Shown: in pieces, positions 1 through 12,469 of the stretch
Layout: the number at the start of each line of letters is the position of its first letter
Numbering within the stretch: the first letter of the stretch is position 1
Assembly (NCBI GenBank): GCA_964188305.1
Contig: OZ076892.1
DNA length: 64,000 nucleotides
Origin: Podarcis bocagei
Taxonomy: Eukaryota
Strand: one strand, 5' to 3'
Notes under the pieces: model-generated
What the model saw: only the letters and a program-made list of their open reading frames with translations
What the model was told of the DNA's origin: nothing
Databases searched by the model: none
Translations under genes and position numbers: made by a program

Positions 1-780
1 GGATTATGGGACATGTGGCAGGATGCTCTTCACAATGGGCCATACTGTCACCTCTTGCTCAATGAGAGCATGGCTTAGCATGCTGGGTGCACTTCCTTTC
101 TGAAAAGCTTCCATTTCATAACTGGTCCCTGAGAAACCTTAAAGCTCGGGGATGCCAAACCTAAGACCTGCTAAATACTGTCAGATTCTGATTCCCATCA
201 GCCCCAGCTAGCAAAGAATGGATGGCCACAAGTTTCCTCACCTGAGCTCTGCCTAGCTTCAGAAGGAGCCCTAGGTTTTCTCCGCGCACGGCTAGCTCAT
301 GAGATTGAAAATCCGCTGCTCTGTTGCCTTTGATACCCGGGAAACATGGGCAGGATTCTCCACGTTCCTGTATCCCAGCATTCAACAGCCCTCAAGACCT
401 CTTTCCTGTCTCAGAAGGTAGAATTGCAATGATTCATCCATGTAAATAAGCTGTGTCTCTTTCTGAGACCGCGCTGCCCACAATCCATCCCACCGTAGGC
501 ATGCAAGCTGATCATATGGCACAAATTGGTTATCCTACCAGGTAGGCTGTGTTGTATGATGGGGGTTGTAGTCTAGTAACATCTGGGGACCCAAGACTGG
601 GAGAAGGCCGCACTAATAAATACTCTTTTGCTTGGTGGTTAAAGGACAGCTTTCGCTGTTTCTGTGTGGAGGTGGGTTGAAAAAAGGCCTATTAGCCGCT
701 AGACTAGGAAGATTGCTGATAATGGCCCAGGGAGGCTGACTATTCTGTAGGGATTAATTCAAGGTTCATGGATGTGATCT

Positions 781-785
781 GGTGT

Positions 786-826
<41 letters not shown>
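781..826. repeat. (TG)n microsatellite
   Basis: Near-perfect TG run read directly. Confidence 0.95.
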
Positions 827-828
<2 letters not shown>

Positions 829-1587
829 CAACAGAAGATATGGTCACCCCAGATTGTAGGGTGTGGCAGCTGGAGGGCTGCCGATCGTCCTACTGGAAGA
901 AGGAGGTCTTTTGGGGATAAGTAGGTTTTCTCCTGTGACACACATTGTTCATAGCTGCCCAGTTCTTTTTCACCTCTGCCAGCCTTGCTGGGTCTGCCAA
1001 TCCATCATTGTCCGGATATAATAGGACGGCATTAATGAAGAGACGGGTGCCAAGGAGGCCATCAGACTCCCAGGACAGCCAACAGCGCATGTGGGGGAGA
1101 GAGAACTCTTCTCTGGGCACCATGCCTCACTTCCGTCTCGGAAGCCAAACCCAAGAAGTTCTGACCTCCGTTCCTCCGCTGCCGTCTTAAGTGCCTCTTC
1201 TTCCCAGAGTCGAGGTGCTCTCAGGTGCTCTGTGTGACCGAGAGCATGGTTCAATTCCTCATCTAGTCACAAAAGCTCTCCAGATAACCCAGGCCTGATC
1301 ATTGCCCTCTGCCTCTCTCTGGAACCTTTGCAACATGGGATTGTTGTAAGCATGTGCTGAAAGCAAGAGCTTTATAAGCTGGCAAATGCTACCACTATAG
1401 GTCTGCTCGGGTGTTATGCTTGAATGGGGAATATAAACATGCAGAGGGGGCCCATGCCATCTTGCTCCCAGTTGCCCCACATGCACCAGCCCCTGCTTGA
1501 CTTGCTCCTGAGCTCCCCCCCAGTGTGGACCTTCCCAGATTAACATAGGAATGTCAAGAAGGGAGTGCGCAGGAGTAGATAGGGATA

Positions 1588-1829
1588 CAGTGGTACCTCA
1601 GGTTACATACGCTTCAGGTTACATACACTTCAGGTTACAGACTCCGCTAACCCAGAAATAGTGCTTCAGGTTAAGAACTTTGCTTCAGGATGAGAACAGA
1701 AATCGTGCTCCGGTGGCGCAGCAGCAGCAGGAGGCCCCATTAGCTAAAATGGTGCTTCAGGTTAAGAACAGTTTCAGGTTAAGTACGGACATCCGGAACG
1801 AATTAAGTACTTAACCTGAGGTACCACTG
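1588..1829 (+). mobile_element. Tc1/mariner (pogo/Tigger-like) MITE, family A
   Basis: TIR CAGTGGTACCTCAGGTTA...TAACCTGAGGTACCACTG, TA on both sides; near-identical copies elsewhere in window. Confidence 0.9.
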
Positions 1830-3582
1830 TATTGGGAGCAGCAGGAATGTCTCCTGTTCCACCTACTCGAATTTACATTCTGTGCTCAGGCAAAGGTTGC
1901 TTACACACTATGCATTTAAAGCACATTTGCACCCTCTATCCAGAAGAATTATAGGAAACCAGGGTTGCCAACTTGAATAAAATATTGTAGGGAGAGGTAA
2001 GCCCCTCTCCACATAATCAATCCCATGGCATGGCACACACCATTTGACTTGCAATGCCCATCAACTTTGGGGGAGCCCAGAGTCCTCAAATCTTTTATGG
2101 GGGGGGGGGGGCTGAAGGGATCTTGGCCCCCAGGAGTTGGCTCCTCCTGTTGCTTACCTGTCACAGAGCTACAATTCCCAACACACTTAACAAACTGTCT
2201 ATTACAGGCTCCTTCTGTTGGGTGAAGGAGTCTCTTGAGTCCTTTTGCTGCAATCCACTCCAGTAAGGGCCGGAACTTGCAGGTTTGTTCTTTCTAATTA
2301 CACCTGACATATTTTTTTATCTCGCTGTTCTTCTAAAGAGCACTTGGCAACGGCCATGTGGCAATTTGGTTTTTCATCTTCCCACAGGCCCTATGGGATA
2401 GGTTATGTTGTGAGGTGGACGCTGACCCCAAGGTTTGCCCTTCATGGCCAAAGCACAAGGTTGTGCCTTGAACTCAGGCCGCCGCAGAACAAGTTTCAAC
2501 CTCTTGTCCGTTGTCTGTGGCACGCTGAGTCCCTGGTTTTCTTCCTGAGTGTTGGGACTTTCCTCTAGACAATGGGGGCTCTCCTTCCTTCAAGTTCCTT
2601 GACAGGAAGGTGGTCTATAAGTGCAGAATATAAATGGAATGGAAGATATATATATAAATGCACTATAAATTTATATGGGTTTCATGTCAGTTTCGAACGT
2701 TACGGCTTCCCCAAAGAATCTTGGGAGCTATTGTGTAGAAAGGTTACTGGAAAGGCTCTCGGGTCTCCCCACAGGACTATATTTCCAAGGATTCCCCGGG
2801 GAACGAGAGCGCTGTGATGGCAGAGAGACACCGTTTCCGTGGCCAAAATTCCTAGACCTGAATGTGGTACTTTGCTGTCTGCAACGAGGGACAAGATGGT
2901 GCAGACATGCGCCCAATTCTACGTACAGAAGCCACCCAGTCTGGCAGCTAAATCTTACTTTGACCCGGGTGATGGGATGTGCTCTAGGGCAGCAGCCTAG
3001 TTTAGGTGGCTCAATTCAGCTTTGCTGTCCGACATCCCACTGCTGAGGTGGGATAGGCAGTGACTGACCTGAGGGTGCAGTTCTGCGGAAGCAGCATTTC
3101 CTATCGTTGTGTGGGGCAAAATCGCCCCACTGAAGGTTGCCTTGGTTGCTTGAAGGAACAATAAGGTTTTTAGACAAGGTCGCAGTTTGGCTGACCCTGC
3201 TCTAAAGTAGCAGAATCCAGGGGTCCAGTCACATCTCCTGCTCTCTCGACCGCCCCTCACATCCCCAGCCTGCCTCGCCTCTGCAGCTCTCCTGCTTATT
3301 GCTCCGTTTCTCTTGCTCTGCCTAATTGTTTCTGCCTTCCCTATTATGTGAACTAAATATTGCCTTCCATAGCTCAGGGCCTCTTCCTACCTTGGCGCGC
3401 TCCTTTCGAGATTGTTTTCCCTCCTCTAGGCTACCTGCGTAACCAAGATGGAGTGACCTAGGAGTCCACAAGGAGAACTAATTATTGTATGTTCAGAGGG
3501 TGTTTACAGAGCCCATCCCCACAGACTCCCAGCTTTGGTTTCTCTCTCTCCTTCTCTCTGTCTCTCTTCCCTGCTTGCACAG

Positions 3583-3639
3583 AGCATCCTGAGATGGAGA
3601 ACGCTGGATCTGGAGCGGCGCTGGGTCCCACTGGGGATT
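3583..3639 (+). other. candidate exon after a strong splice acceptor (unassigned)
   Basis: Long CT tract then CACAG; one frame reads HPEMENAGSGAALGPTGD-stop; no recognised homology. Confidence 0.2.
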
Positions 3640-4748
3640 GAGGCAGCGCAACGGCTGCCTTTTAGCACCGACAGAGCACAAGTAATTAACGGCAGCAGCA
3701 AAACCCCGTCCTTCTCAGAGCAGGTTTGCTGGCTGCTTATGCAAAGATCTTCTGCATCTTTGTTGGGACGCGGCCATTTTGGTCCTCCCTGGAGTGGCAG
3801 CTGGGATTTGTTTACTTGCTGCACAGGAAACTTTTGCTTAGGTTTGAGATGCGGCTGACTCTGGACTGGAAACGGGGGCATTTGCATGTTTGGCTAACAT
3901 GAACCGATGGCCCTGCACAGTCAGTATGTATTTGCTGTGTTGGGAAAGAATCATCAGCAACTTGTTCCGGGTCAGATAGGCCGTTGCCCAGGGGTTTTCC
4001 TTCTCTGTCTCACCCCACTTCACCCTGCAGTGTCTGGCTTGGCTTGCTTGCTTTTGAGTTATTTTTTTTTACTTTCTAAGCACCTTTCTACTTGTTCTGT
4101 GTGGCTGGAGACAGCAGAGGCTGGTCCATTAGCACGAAGCGGGCACTGCTCCACCTGCCATAGCCTGCTACCACCTGTCTTCCTAAGGGTGCAGGCGGTT
4201 GGCACTGCTTCCTCCTCTTTAGTCTTAGTTGTTGCCCTTGCAGAAGTCCAGGAGGAAAAGCTAGAGTTTGTTGGTTTTGGCACTGGCTCCTCCTACTGCT
4301 GGGCTCCCTGCCTGCTGACCCACCAGCTGCAGTGGGCACCAGCCACCATGGCAGAGACTCTGCCTAGATTGTGAGCCCTTCCAGGCTGTTGCTGTTTTGC
4401 AGGTAGATGGCAAGCTCAGGTCGTGCAGTTAAAGTGGATTTGGTTCTGGCCAGTGAGTAGACGATTGGTCATGCCTTGGTAGGGAGTCATTGATCGACTT
4501 TCGACTGCTTTGGATTCCTCGAAGCAGCTAGATAACACTCTCCTCCCCACAGAGATGGGGAGCTGGAAATTCACTTCTCATTCAAAGGTGAATCTACCCG
4601 ATTCACACTTTGCAAAAACAAAGGTGCAAACTGATACACAACCATCCTTTGAAATTTGCCCTTCTCTGAATGTTGCAGTGCAGTTCTCTGACCAAATACC
4701 GTGTACATCAATGTCTTTACTGGGTTAAAGGGTGCATTAAAATGAATA

Positions 4749-4962
4749 CAGTCATACCTCGGGTTACAGATGCTTCGGGTTGTGCGTTTTCGGGTTGCGC
4801 ACCGCGCTGAACCCAGAAGTACCAGAACGGGCTACTTCTGGATTTCGGCACTCACACATGCGCAGAAGCGCCGCATCGCAACCCGCGTGTGTGCAGACGC
4901 GGTGCTGCGGGTTGCGAACGTGCCTCCTGCACGGATCACGTTTGCGACCCGAGCATCCACTG
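4749..4962 (+). mobile_element. Tc1/mariner MITE, family B (CpG-rich)
   Basis: TA-CAGTCATACCTCGGGTT...ACCCGAGCATCCACTG-TA; similar to 16604-16821 in reverse. Confidence 0.85.
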
Positions 4963-5455
4963 TATATTGGTGGAAAGAAGAGGGGGAAATGCATTATATT
5001 AGGAATCATTGTTTTGCAAAAATGTGCCTATCAGGCACAATTGCACACAAAAAGGTATTATATTAGCAGAAGTTCCATCCTAAAATGCTGAAGAATCTCC
5101 ACGAGGACATTTGTTTTTTAGTGGGAATTACTGTGGAAATGTGGAGGACAACATTACATAGGAAAGGTGAGAAACCGAAATGGACAGATTCAGCCATCCA
5201 CCTCCCCAGTCCTTCTCAAAACTTATCGGAGTCCTGGTTGCCAACTCCTGTTCCTGAATCAGTTGTTTCCTCTCTGGCTAGATATGCATTGCTGATTTTC
5301 AAATTGGTTTAGCAGTCATTTCCCTTGTTCTCATGGGAATTGCAGTTCTATGAGAAGAACTTGGCATTCCCAGGATATGTTGAGGTTTAATCGGTGTAGA
5401 AGGCATACCAGCTAGTGTAGATAGCATTATTCTTTATTTAAAGCTATCCATGTAA

Positions 5456-5504
<49 letters not shown>

Positions 5505-6358
5505 TAATCATTTTATTATTTATACCCCACTCATCTGGCTGGGTTTCCCCAGCCACTCTGGGCAGCTTACAGCATATATAAAACATAGTAAAATATCAAA
5601 CATTAAAAACTTCCCAATACAGGCTGCCTTCAGATGTCTTCTAAAAGTTGTGTAATTCTTTATCTCCTTGACATCTGATGGGAGTGTGTTCCACAGGGAG
5701 GGCACCACCACCAAGAACGCCCTCTGCCTGGTTCCCTGTAACCTCACTTCTTGCAGCGAGAGAACCGCCAGAAGACTCTCGGAGCTGGACCTCAGTGTCC
5801 AGGCTGAATGATGGGGGTGGAGATGCTCCTTCAGGTATGGCTCAGGGAGCCAGTGAAAATCCTTTTGGACCAGTGTTATATGGTCCCAGCGACCACTCCC
5901 AGTCACCAGTCTAGTTGCCGCATTCTGGATTAGTTGTAGTTTCCAGGTCATCTTCAAAGGTAGCCCCACGTAGAGTGCATTGCAGTAGTCCAAGCAGGAG
6001 ATAACTAGAGCACTCTGATGAGACAGTCTGTGGGCAGGTAGGGTCTCAGTCTGTGTATCAGATGGAGCTGGTAAACAGCTGCCTTGGATTGACATGCGCC
6101 TCCATGGACAGCTGTGAGTCCAAAATGACTCCCAGGCTGCACACCTGGTCCTTCAGAGGCACAATTACCCCATTCAGGACCAAGGAATCCTCCACACCTG
6201 CCCGCCTCCTGTCCCCCCAAAATAGTACTTCTGTCTTGTCATGATTCAACCTCAATCCGTTAGCCACCATTTATCCTCCAACCGCCTCCAGACACTCACA
6301 CAGAACATTCACTGCCTTTACTGGTTCCAATTTAAAAGAGAGGTAGAGCTGGGTGATG
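5456..6358 (-). mobile_element. L2 LINE 3' fragment, 5'-truncated, frameshifted
   Basis: Minus-strand peptides TQLYLSF, LRLNHDKTEVL, LGVILDSQLSME, LDYCNALYVGLP, QLIQNAATRL, HWLP; (TAA)n tail at left end. Confidence 0.92.
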
Positions 6359-6403
6359 TGTCTCAAAGAAGGAAAGGGCAGGTCTAAAGGGTAAAGCCTA
6401 GAA

Positions 6404-6542
6404 CAGGTGTGGGGAACCTTCAGCCCTCCAGATGCTGCTGGACTGCAACTCCCATCAGTCCTAGCAAGCAGGGCTAGTGGTGAGGGATGATGGGAGTTGT
6501 AGTTCAGCAACCTCTGGCCAAAGGTAAGATTTCTCACACCTG
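6404..6542. mobile_element. hAT-type MITE (ACTACAACTCCCA/TGGGAGTTGTAGT family)
   Basis: TIR CAGGTGTG...CACACCTG; 8-bp TSD GCCTAGAA/GTCTAGAA; internal palindrome. Confidence 0.8.
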
Positions 6543-6677
6543 GTCTAGAAGATGACACAAGGAAGACAGATGAGGAAGGAGAAGGATATGGAGGCATAAA
6601 TAAACGGGGGATGTGTGACTTTTGCAGTTACATGTACTTAGGGTTAGCTGCAGATTACAGGGTCAGCCCAAGACATT

Positions 6678-7108
6678 TGCGGCTCAGGACCACAATACCT
6701 AAAGGACCGCCTCCTCCCATATGAACCTACCAGGTCTCTGAGATCACCTTCTGAGGCCCTCCTATGTGTGTCCCCTCCATGAGAGGTCCAGAGGCTGGCA
6801 ACACGAGAATGGGCCTTCTCTGCAGTGGCTCCCTGTCTGTGGAATGCTCTCCCCAGGGAACTTCGCCTGGCACCTTCATTATCCACCTTTAGCCACCAGG
6901 TAAAAAAGTCCCTTTTTAACCAGGCCTTTGGTTGTTCTTAGTGACATCCAACACCCTTTTAGAATATGGCTTTTGGTGGTGGTGGTGGTGGGGGGTTATT
7001 GGGTTATTGTTTTTGGTTTGATTCTATATGTTGTGGTTTTGTTTGGGAACCGCCCTGAGACCTCCGGGTATAGGGCGGTGTATAAATTGAATTAATAATA
7101 ATAATAAT
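6678..7108 (+). mobile_element. L2 LINE 3' end
   Basis: Encodes GSGPQYLKDRLLPYEPTRSLRS...AFSAVAPCLWNALP; 3' end GAACCGCCCTGAG...GGGCGGTGTATAAAT plus (TAA)n. Confidence 0.85.
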
Positions 7109-8241
7109 TTTGCTGCCTGAGTTGGAGCAGCAAAGCAAGTTGTTTTGGCATCTCAGGCAGAAAACCCAACAGGTGCTTCTCTTTCTGCAATAAAAATGTG
7201 ACAAGTAATTTGCTGCCCTTTCATGACATCTGAAACTGGTTATATCCATCTAGCGTTAGTCATATTCTCAGTATACCCATTGGACTTAATGGGCATGCCT
7301 AACTTAAGCCCATTTATTTCAGTGGGTCTTCTCTTGAGTATAACTTAGGTGGATACAACCCCCTTTGTCTAAAGTTGGGGCTGGCTCTGTTGCTGTCTTT
7401 GATGTTGTGCTGGCTGTATCCTGCTGTATAACTTGTGTATTTAGCAACATCACCATTTCCCCCAAAGAATCCTGGGAACCAATTTGGTGAAGGCACTAAG
7501 AATTATTTGAGGTCCTTAGTTCCTTCAGCCGAACTACAATTTCTCAAATTCTGTATCAGGAAGCCTATGTAGCATTTAGGTTTTGACTAATTAGTTACTG
7601 TAAGTTGATTTTAGGCTGCAGCTCAGGTAAAGAAACCATAATTGATTAATTGCATGAATTTAAATTGAATCTGCAAAAGTTTGTGTACAAATAAATCAAT
7701 AGTTTTGATGGGGGAAAACATTTCCTTGGTTTTTTTTAGAGAGGCATACTTTTAGAGGCTTTCCCTACTCTGTGAGAGAAGAGGAAGAAAGGTCTTCTAA
7801 AGAGGTGCTAATAATCTCTTTTATGGATTTGCAAGTATCTTTTCTTCAGATTAAAAGAATGACAAAATATAGAAAAATACAGAAGTCAAAAACACACTGA
7901 ACAATGAAATGAAACACACTAAATCATGATGCATGTATAATCAATTCACCCAAAATGGACTTAGTTCTAGAATTCTTAAGTTAGAACTCAAATTATTTTT
8001 ATTCTAGTGTTGAATAAAAACAGACCATTACTCCCCAAAACAAGAAACCAACTAAAAGGCTCCAGCTCCACGAATGTCTGTGGGCTGTGTCAAGTGTTAG
8101 TCACACATGACTAAATCAGGTCCCTAAATTTGGCTCTACTCTTAGTCCAACTTAGTTGGAGATAAACCTGTGCTTATTCAAAGGCATAATATGCTAGATG
8201 TTCTGTACCCATTCCTTATAAGTAGGGACCCAAGCGTAGGC

Positions 8242-8495
8242 AAGAAGAAGAGTTTGGAAGAAGAGTTTGGATTTGATATCCCGCCTTTCACTCCCCTTCA
8301 GGAGTCTCAAAGCGGCTAACATTCTCCTTTCCTTTCCTCCCCCACAACAAACACTCTGTGAGGTGAGTGGGGCTGAGAGACTTCAGAGAAGTGTGACTGG
8401 CCCAAGGTCACCCAGCAGCTGCATGTGGAGGAGCGGGGAAGCGAACCCGGTTCACCAGATTACGAGACTACCGCTCCTAACCACTACACCACACT
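8242..8495 (-). mobile_element. tRNA-derived CORE-like SINE (Squam3-like), young subfamily
   Basis: Nearly identical to 54238-54496; A/B-box-like head at right, GTGACCTTGGGCCAGTCAC core on minus strand, (CTT)n tail. Confidence 0.85.
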
Positions 8496-8641
8496 TCACA
8501 ATAATTTCACAATTTGCTGAAATATCTGCTCCCTGATTATTTAGCTGCATCTTTTAAAATCAATTAAATTCTTAATTGATTGATGGGCTAAGCCTGCAGT
8601 CTTCAACACAGCTTACTAGGGGACACACCTTGTTGAAGAGG

Positions 8642-8796
8642 TAGGTAGCCGTGTTGGTCTGCCATAGTCGAAACAAAATAAAAAAAATCCTTCCAGTAGC
8701 ATCTTAGAGACTAACTAAGTTTGTTATTGGTATGAGCTTTCGTATCTGAAGAAGTGTGCATGCACACGATAGCTCATACCAAAGGAATTTTTTTAT
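8642..8796. mobile_element. Penelope-like element remnant with inverted arrangement and degenerate hammerhead motif
   Basis: 13-bp flanking direct repeat CTTGTTGAAGAGG (8629-8641, 8797-8809); GTAGCCGTGTTGGTCTG terminus; CTGAAGA-agtgtgcatgcacac-GATA-gctcata. Confidence 0.8.
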
Positions 8797-8942
8797 CTTG
8801 TTGAAGAGGCTGAGACTTACCGTACATCCGAGTAAACGTGCATTGGCTTATGCTGTTAAATGTCCCAGCCCAGCTATGATTTGGTCGTATTTCCATGAAC
8901 TTCCTCCTCAAGGTCTGTATATAGACACACACCACTCCTCTG

Positions 8943-9301
8943 TAAAGGTAAAGGTAAAGGGACCCCTGACCATTAGGTCCAGTCGTGACCGACTCTGGGG
9001 TTGCGGCGTTCATCTCGCTTTATTGGCCGAGGGAGCCGGCGTACAACTTCCGGGTCATGTGGCCAGCATGACTAAGCCGCCTCTGGTGAACCAGAGCAGC
9101 AGATGGAAACGCCGTTTACCTTCCCGCTGGAGCGGTACCTATTTATCTACTTGCACTTTGACGTGCTTTCGAACTGCTAGCTTGATAGGAGCAGGGACCG
9201 AACAACGGGAGCTCACCCCGTCGCGGGGATTTGAACCGCTGACCTTCTGATCAGCAAGTCCTAGGCTCTGCGGTTTAACCCACAGCGCCACCCGCGTCCC
9301 T
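8943..9301 (-). mobile_element. Sauria SINE, full length
   Basis: (ACCTTT)n tail, tRNA-like head GGGACGCGGGTGGCGCTGTGGG on minus strand; TSD ACCACTCCTCTG (8931-8942, 9302-9313). Confidence 0.95.
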
Positions 9302-9984
9302 ACCACTCCTCTGGGGGTGTATCAAAAGCTTGTTCTCTTCACTGTTTCAGGTACAGTAGGTTGACACTAACATGCAGGAGTGGCTGTTTAGCTATTCCTT
9401 CTCAGGAGAAGGATGGCAGAGAGCATTTTAGAGAGGTTATGTTAATCTGCATGTAGTGATCTTGAGAACACTCTGGTCTGATGTTAATCTGGAACGAAAG
9501 CCATGGATTAAGATAGGATTGTCAGAGCGGTAGCTCCGTAAATACACTTCAGAAGAATGGGGCATGGTTGGATATTCCCTGCAAGCAGATGCTGGACAGT
9601 TGCAGGTAGGGGTAGCGAGGCAATGCCAGACAGCTGGCCGCATGCTTCTCTGGGCACACTTGATTGCTGTTGTGTCAACATTTTCTATGGTGCTTTTCAT
9701 TAAAAAAAAACTTCCAAAGCTATGTACACAGATTAAAAGTTTTAAAATTCATAAGATCAATTAAAACAAACAAAGCCATCAATGCAGCAAAGAACAGCAG
9801 CAAAATTAATTGGTAAACTCAAAAGCTCCTTGAAAAATAATTATAAGAGGAGCTGCTTCCTGGGATCATGTTGCTCGTTGCAAAGGAGCGTGTGAGTTCC
9901 TTGGGAGACCAGCCCTGCCTTACTTTTGTGAGTGAAACTTAATGGCTGGGGTTGTACCCATGGTTTGTTTGGCAATGCTAAACT

Positions 9985-10097
9985 ATGGTTTGTTTGACCT
10001 AACTGTAGTTCATTTGAATGTGTGGCTTGTTAACCATGGTTTGTTTGACCTAACTGTAGTTCATTTGAATGTGTGGCTTGTTAACCATGGTTTGTTT
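9985..10097. repeat. 51-bp perfect tandem duplication within an AACCATGGTT-rich interspersed repeat (~9950-10250)
   Basis: Unit starts at 9985, 10036 and partially 10087. Confidence 0.9.
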
Positions 10098-10716
10098 TCT
10101 GCCAAGAAACCGTGACGAGAAGTTGTAGTTGGTTGTTGGTTTGTAAGCCTTGTTTTGTTTCTGCTATAGTTTAGCGTTGATGTCTGAGTCTTGCTTAACT
10201 GTGGCTTGTTTGGAAAACAAAACCAGGCTTTGAAGAAACAAGCCATGCTTTATTCACCTGTCACTGAGATTCTCAGCACCCATTTCTGTTAAATTATTTT
10301 AAATTGTGAACTGTTTTGTCTTTTGCTTTATTGATAATGCAAAAAAGGGGCTCCTGTTGTTTGGGATACCTAGTTGTGGTGGTGGCATTAGCATGCAATG
10401 CCAGACTCAGGTTGTCAAATACAGACAAGCATGCCTTTGCATAATGCTGAGTGACAAACAGAGGCAAAAGGAGCAGATTCGCCATGTGGCTCTGCCCAGC
10501 AAAAATAAATCTTCTTGTCAATTATTTTCAGGACTGTTCCAGTCAGTTTTGGGGTGTTCTTCTGTAAAGAGTTTGATGACAGTACAATGATGATTTCAAA
10601 ATAATCATTACAAACATGTGGAGATATATAAATATAATACTGTTTATCATCATTCTTTATTACTAGTAATTTTATGCTTCTTCCCCATGGGGCCAAGAGT
10701 ACAGTTACGAGGAATA

Positions 10717-10968
10717 CAGTCGTACCTCATGTTATGTTTGCTTCAGGTTGCGCGTTTTCAGGTTGTGTCCCGCAGCGACCCAGAAGTACCGGAAAGGGTT
10801 ACTTCTGGGTTTCACCGCTCGTGCATGCGCAGACGCGCAAAATGACGTCACGCACATGTGCAAAAGTGGCGAATCACGACCCATGCATGCGCAGACGCGG
10901 TTTGCATTCTTTTCAGGTTGTGAACGGGCCTCTGGAACAGATCCCTTTCGCAACCAGAGGTGCCACTG
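10717..10968 (+). mobile_element. Tc1/mariner MITE, family B
   Basis: TA-CAGTCGTACCTC...GAGGTGCCACTG-TA. Confidence 0.85.
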
Positions 10969-11970
10969 TACCTCCCTCGTGCTCCCCAGCCTTTCAAAGC
11001 ACTTTTGCAAGATGCTTTTCACAGCCCCATCTTGTTCTGTCTCTTGCTCTCTCTCTTGTCCCAGATTGAAATGAACCCACGGTCTTCTCAGGATCTGCCC
11101 CACCTCTCCAAAACACTTTTTCCCGTTCTCCCCCATAAACAAGCAGATGTATGCTTAGTTCTGAGCTTCTCTGCCTTTCTTTCCCTCAAAGAATAACTCA
11201 GGCCAGTCCGTCTTTGCAAGACCTTGTTTCACCGCGGTGTGCTTTGTATGAATCAGCCCTTCAGCTTGGATCTGAACTGTGTGTTCATGGTGATGCATTT
11301 GGCCTTGGGGTATGTGTGTGTGTGTGTGTGTGTGTTTAGGAGGGAAGAGAAGAGCCCTTCTCCATCCTGGGCTCTTTAAACAGGTTGGGGGTTTCTTCTG
11401 GCTCTCGTCAAGCCTCTTAGCTTTCATGTCATCCGACTGGTGTCAAATTGCCTTCTCTCCGGATCTGGCCTCTTTGTGTGAACAGGAGGCTCCAAATCCC
11501 CCAGCTGTCTGGTGGAGGTGTTGCCTTTCTGCTTAGGCGGCTCCAGGCTGTGCGCTGTGCCCGCCGGGGTGTGGGCAGAGCTCTCCTCAGCCGATGCCCT
11601 TCTGCTCTGGCTTATTGCACAGAGGCCTTGGGGTCTGACAGGTCATGATGTTATTTTTTAAATGAGCTGCTTTCATTTGGGAGGCCTGCAGCAGATAGAT
11701 TTATTATTCTAAAGCCGGGACATCTCCCCGCATGTCAGAATGTTGGGGAGTTATCCTAGGATGGGTAGGGGAGACTTAATGATTTCGATCAGGGGCTGCT
11801 GGGAGCGACATCTGACTCAGTATATCAACACTCGCTTAATATTACCAGTAACTCATTAACATTCTCAAATCGCTTTGTAGTATTCCTAACCTAGAGGGTG
11901 GGGATTTGTTTTATTTATTCTAAAATGCCTTTTAAGTCGCGTCAGTAGGTGCATCTATTCTATGTTAGTT

Positions 11971-12469
11971 TTTTTAATGTCTTTTTAATAAATATTTTCT
12001 TGATTTACAAAAGTACAGTGGTACCTCGGGTTACATACGCTTCAGGTTACATACGCTTCAGGTTACAGACTCCGCTAACCCAGAAAATATTACCTCAGGT
12101 TAAGAACTTTGCTTCAGGTTGAGAACAGAAATCGTGCTCTGGCGGCACGGCAGCAGCGGGAGGCCCCATTAGCTAAAGTGGTGCTTCAGGTTAAGAACAG
12201 TTTCAGCTTAAGAACAGACCTCCAGAACAAATTAAGTTCTTAACCAGACGTACCACTGTATGTGCAATGTCTCTCTCTCATTTTTTTCTTCCCTCATGTA
12301 ATATTTTTACAGATCAGTTTCATTTGTTGAGACATTAAGAAGAAAAGGGGGAAAGAGGTGGGGAGGAAGGATGGGTGGGGGTGGGATCGGGTGACAATGT
12401 TTCTATTTTACTTAATATATGTAGGGTTTGGTGTTAGCATTGCTTGTGCAGGTTCTTTGCTGTTATTTC
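11971..12469 (-). mobile_element. 3' UTR fragment of a poly(A)-tailed LINE (L1/Tx1-like), interrupted by a MITE
   Basis: T-run at left; TSD ATGTTAGTT at 11962-11970 and 12470-12478. Confidence 0.65.
12016..12258 (+). mobile_element. Tc1/mariner MITE, family A (nested)
   Basis: TA-CAGTGGTACCTCGGGTTAC...GTACCACTG-TA. Confidence 0.9.

Noticed and set aside
1588-1700. CRISPR-like CTTCAGGTTA repeats
   Set aside because: Eukaryotic MITE internal repeats, with no unique regular spacers and no cas genes
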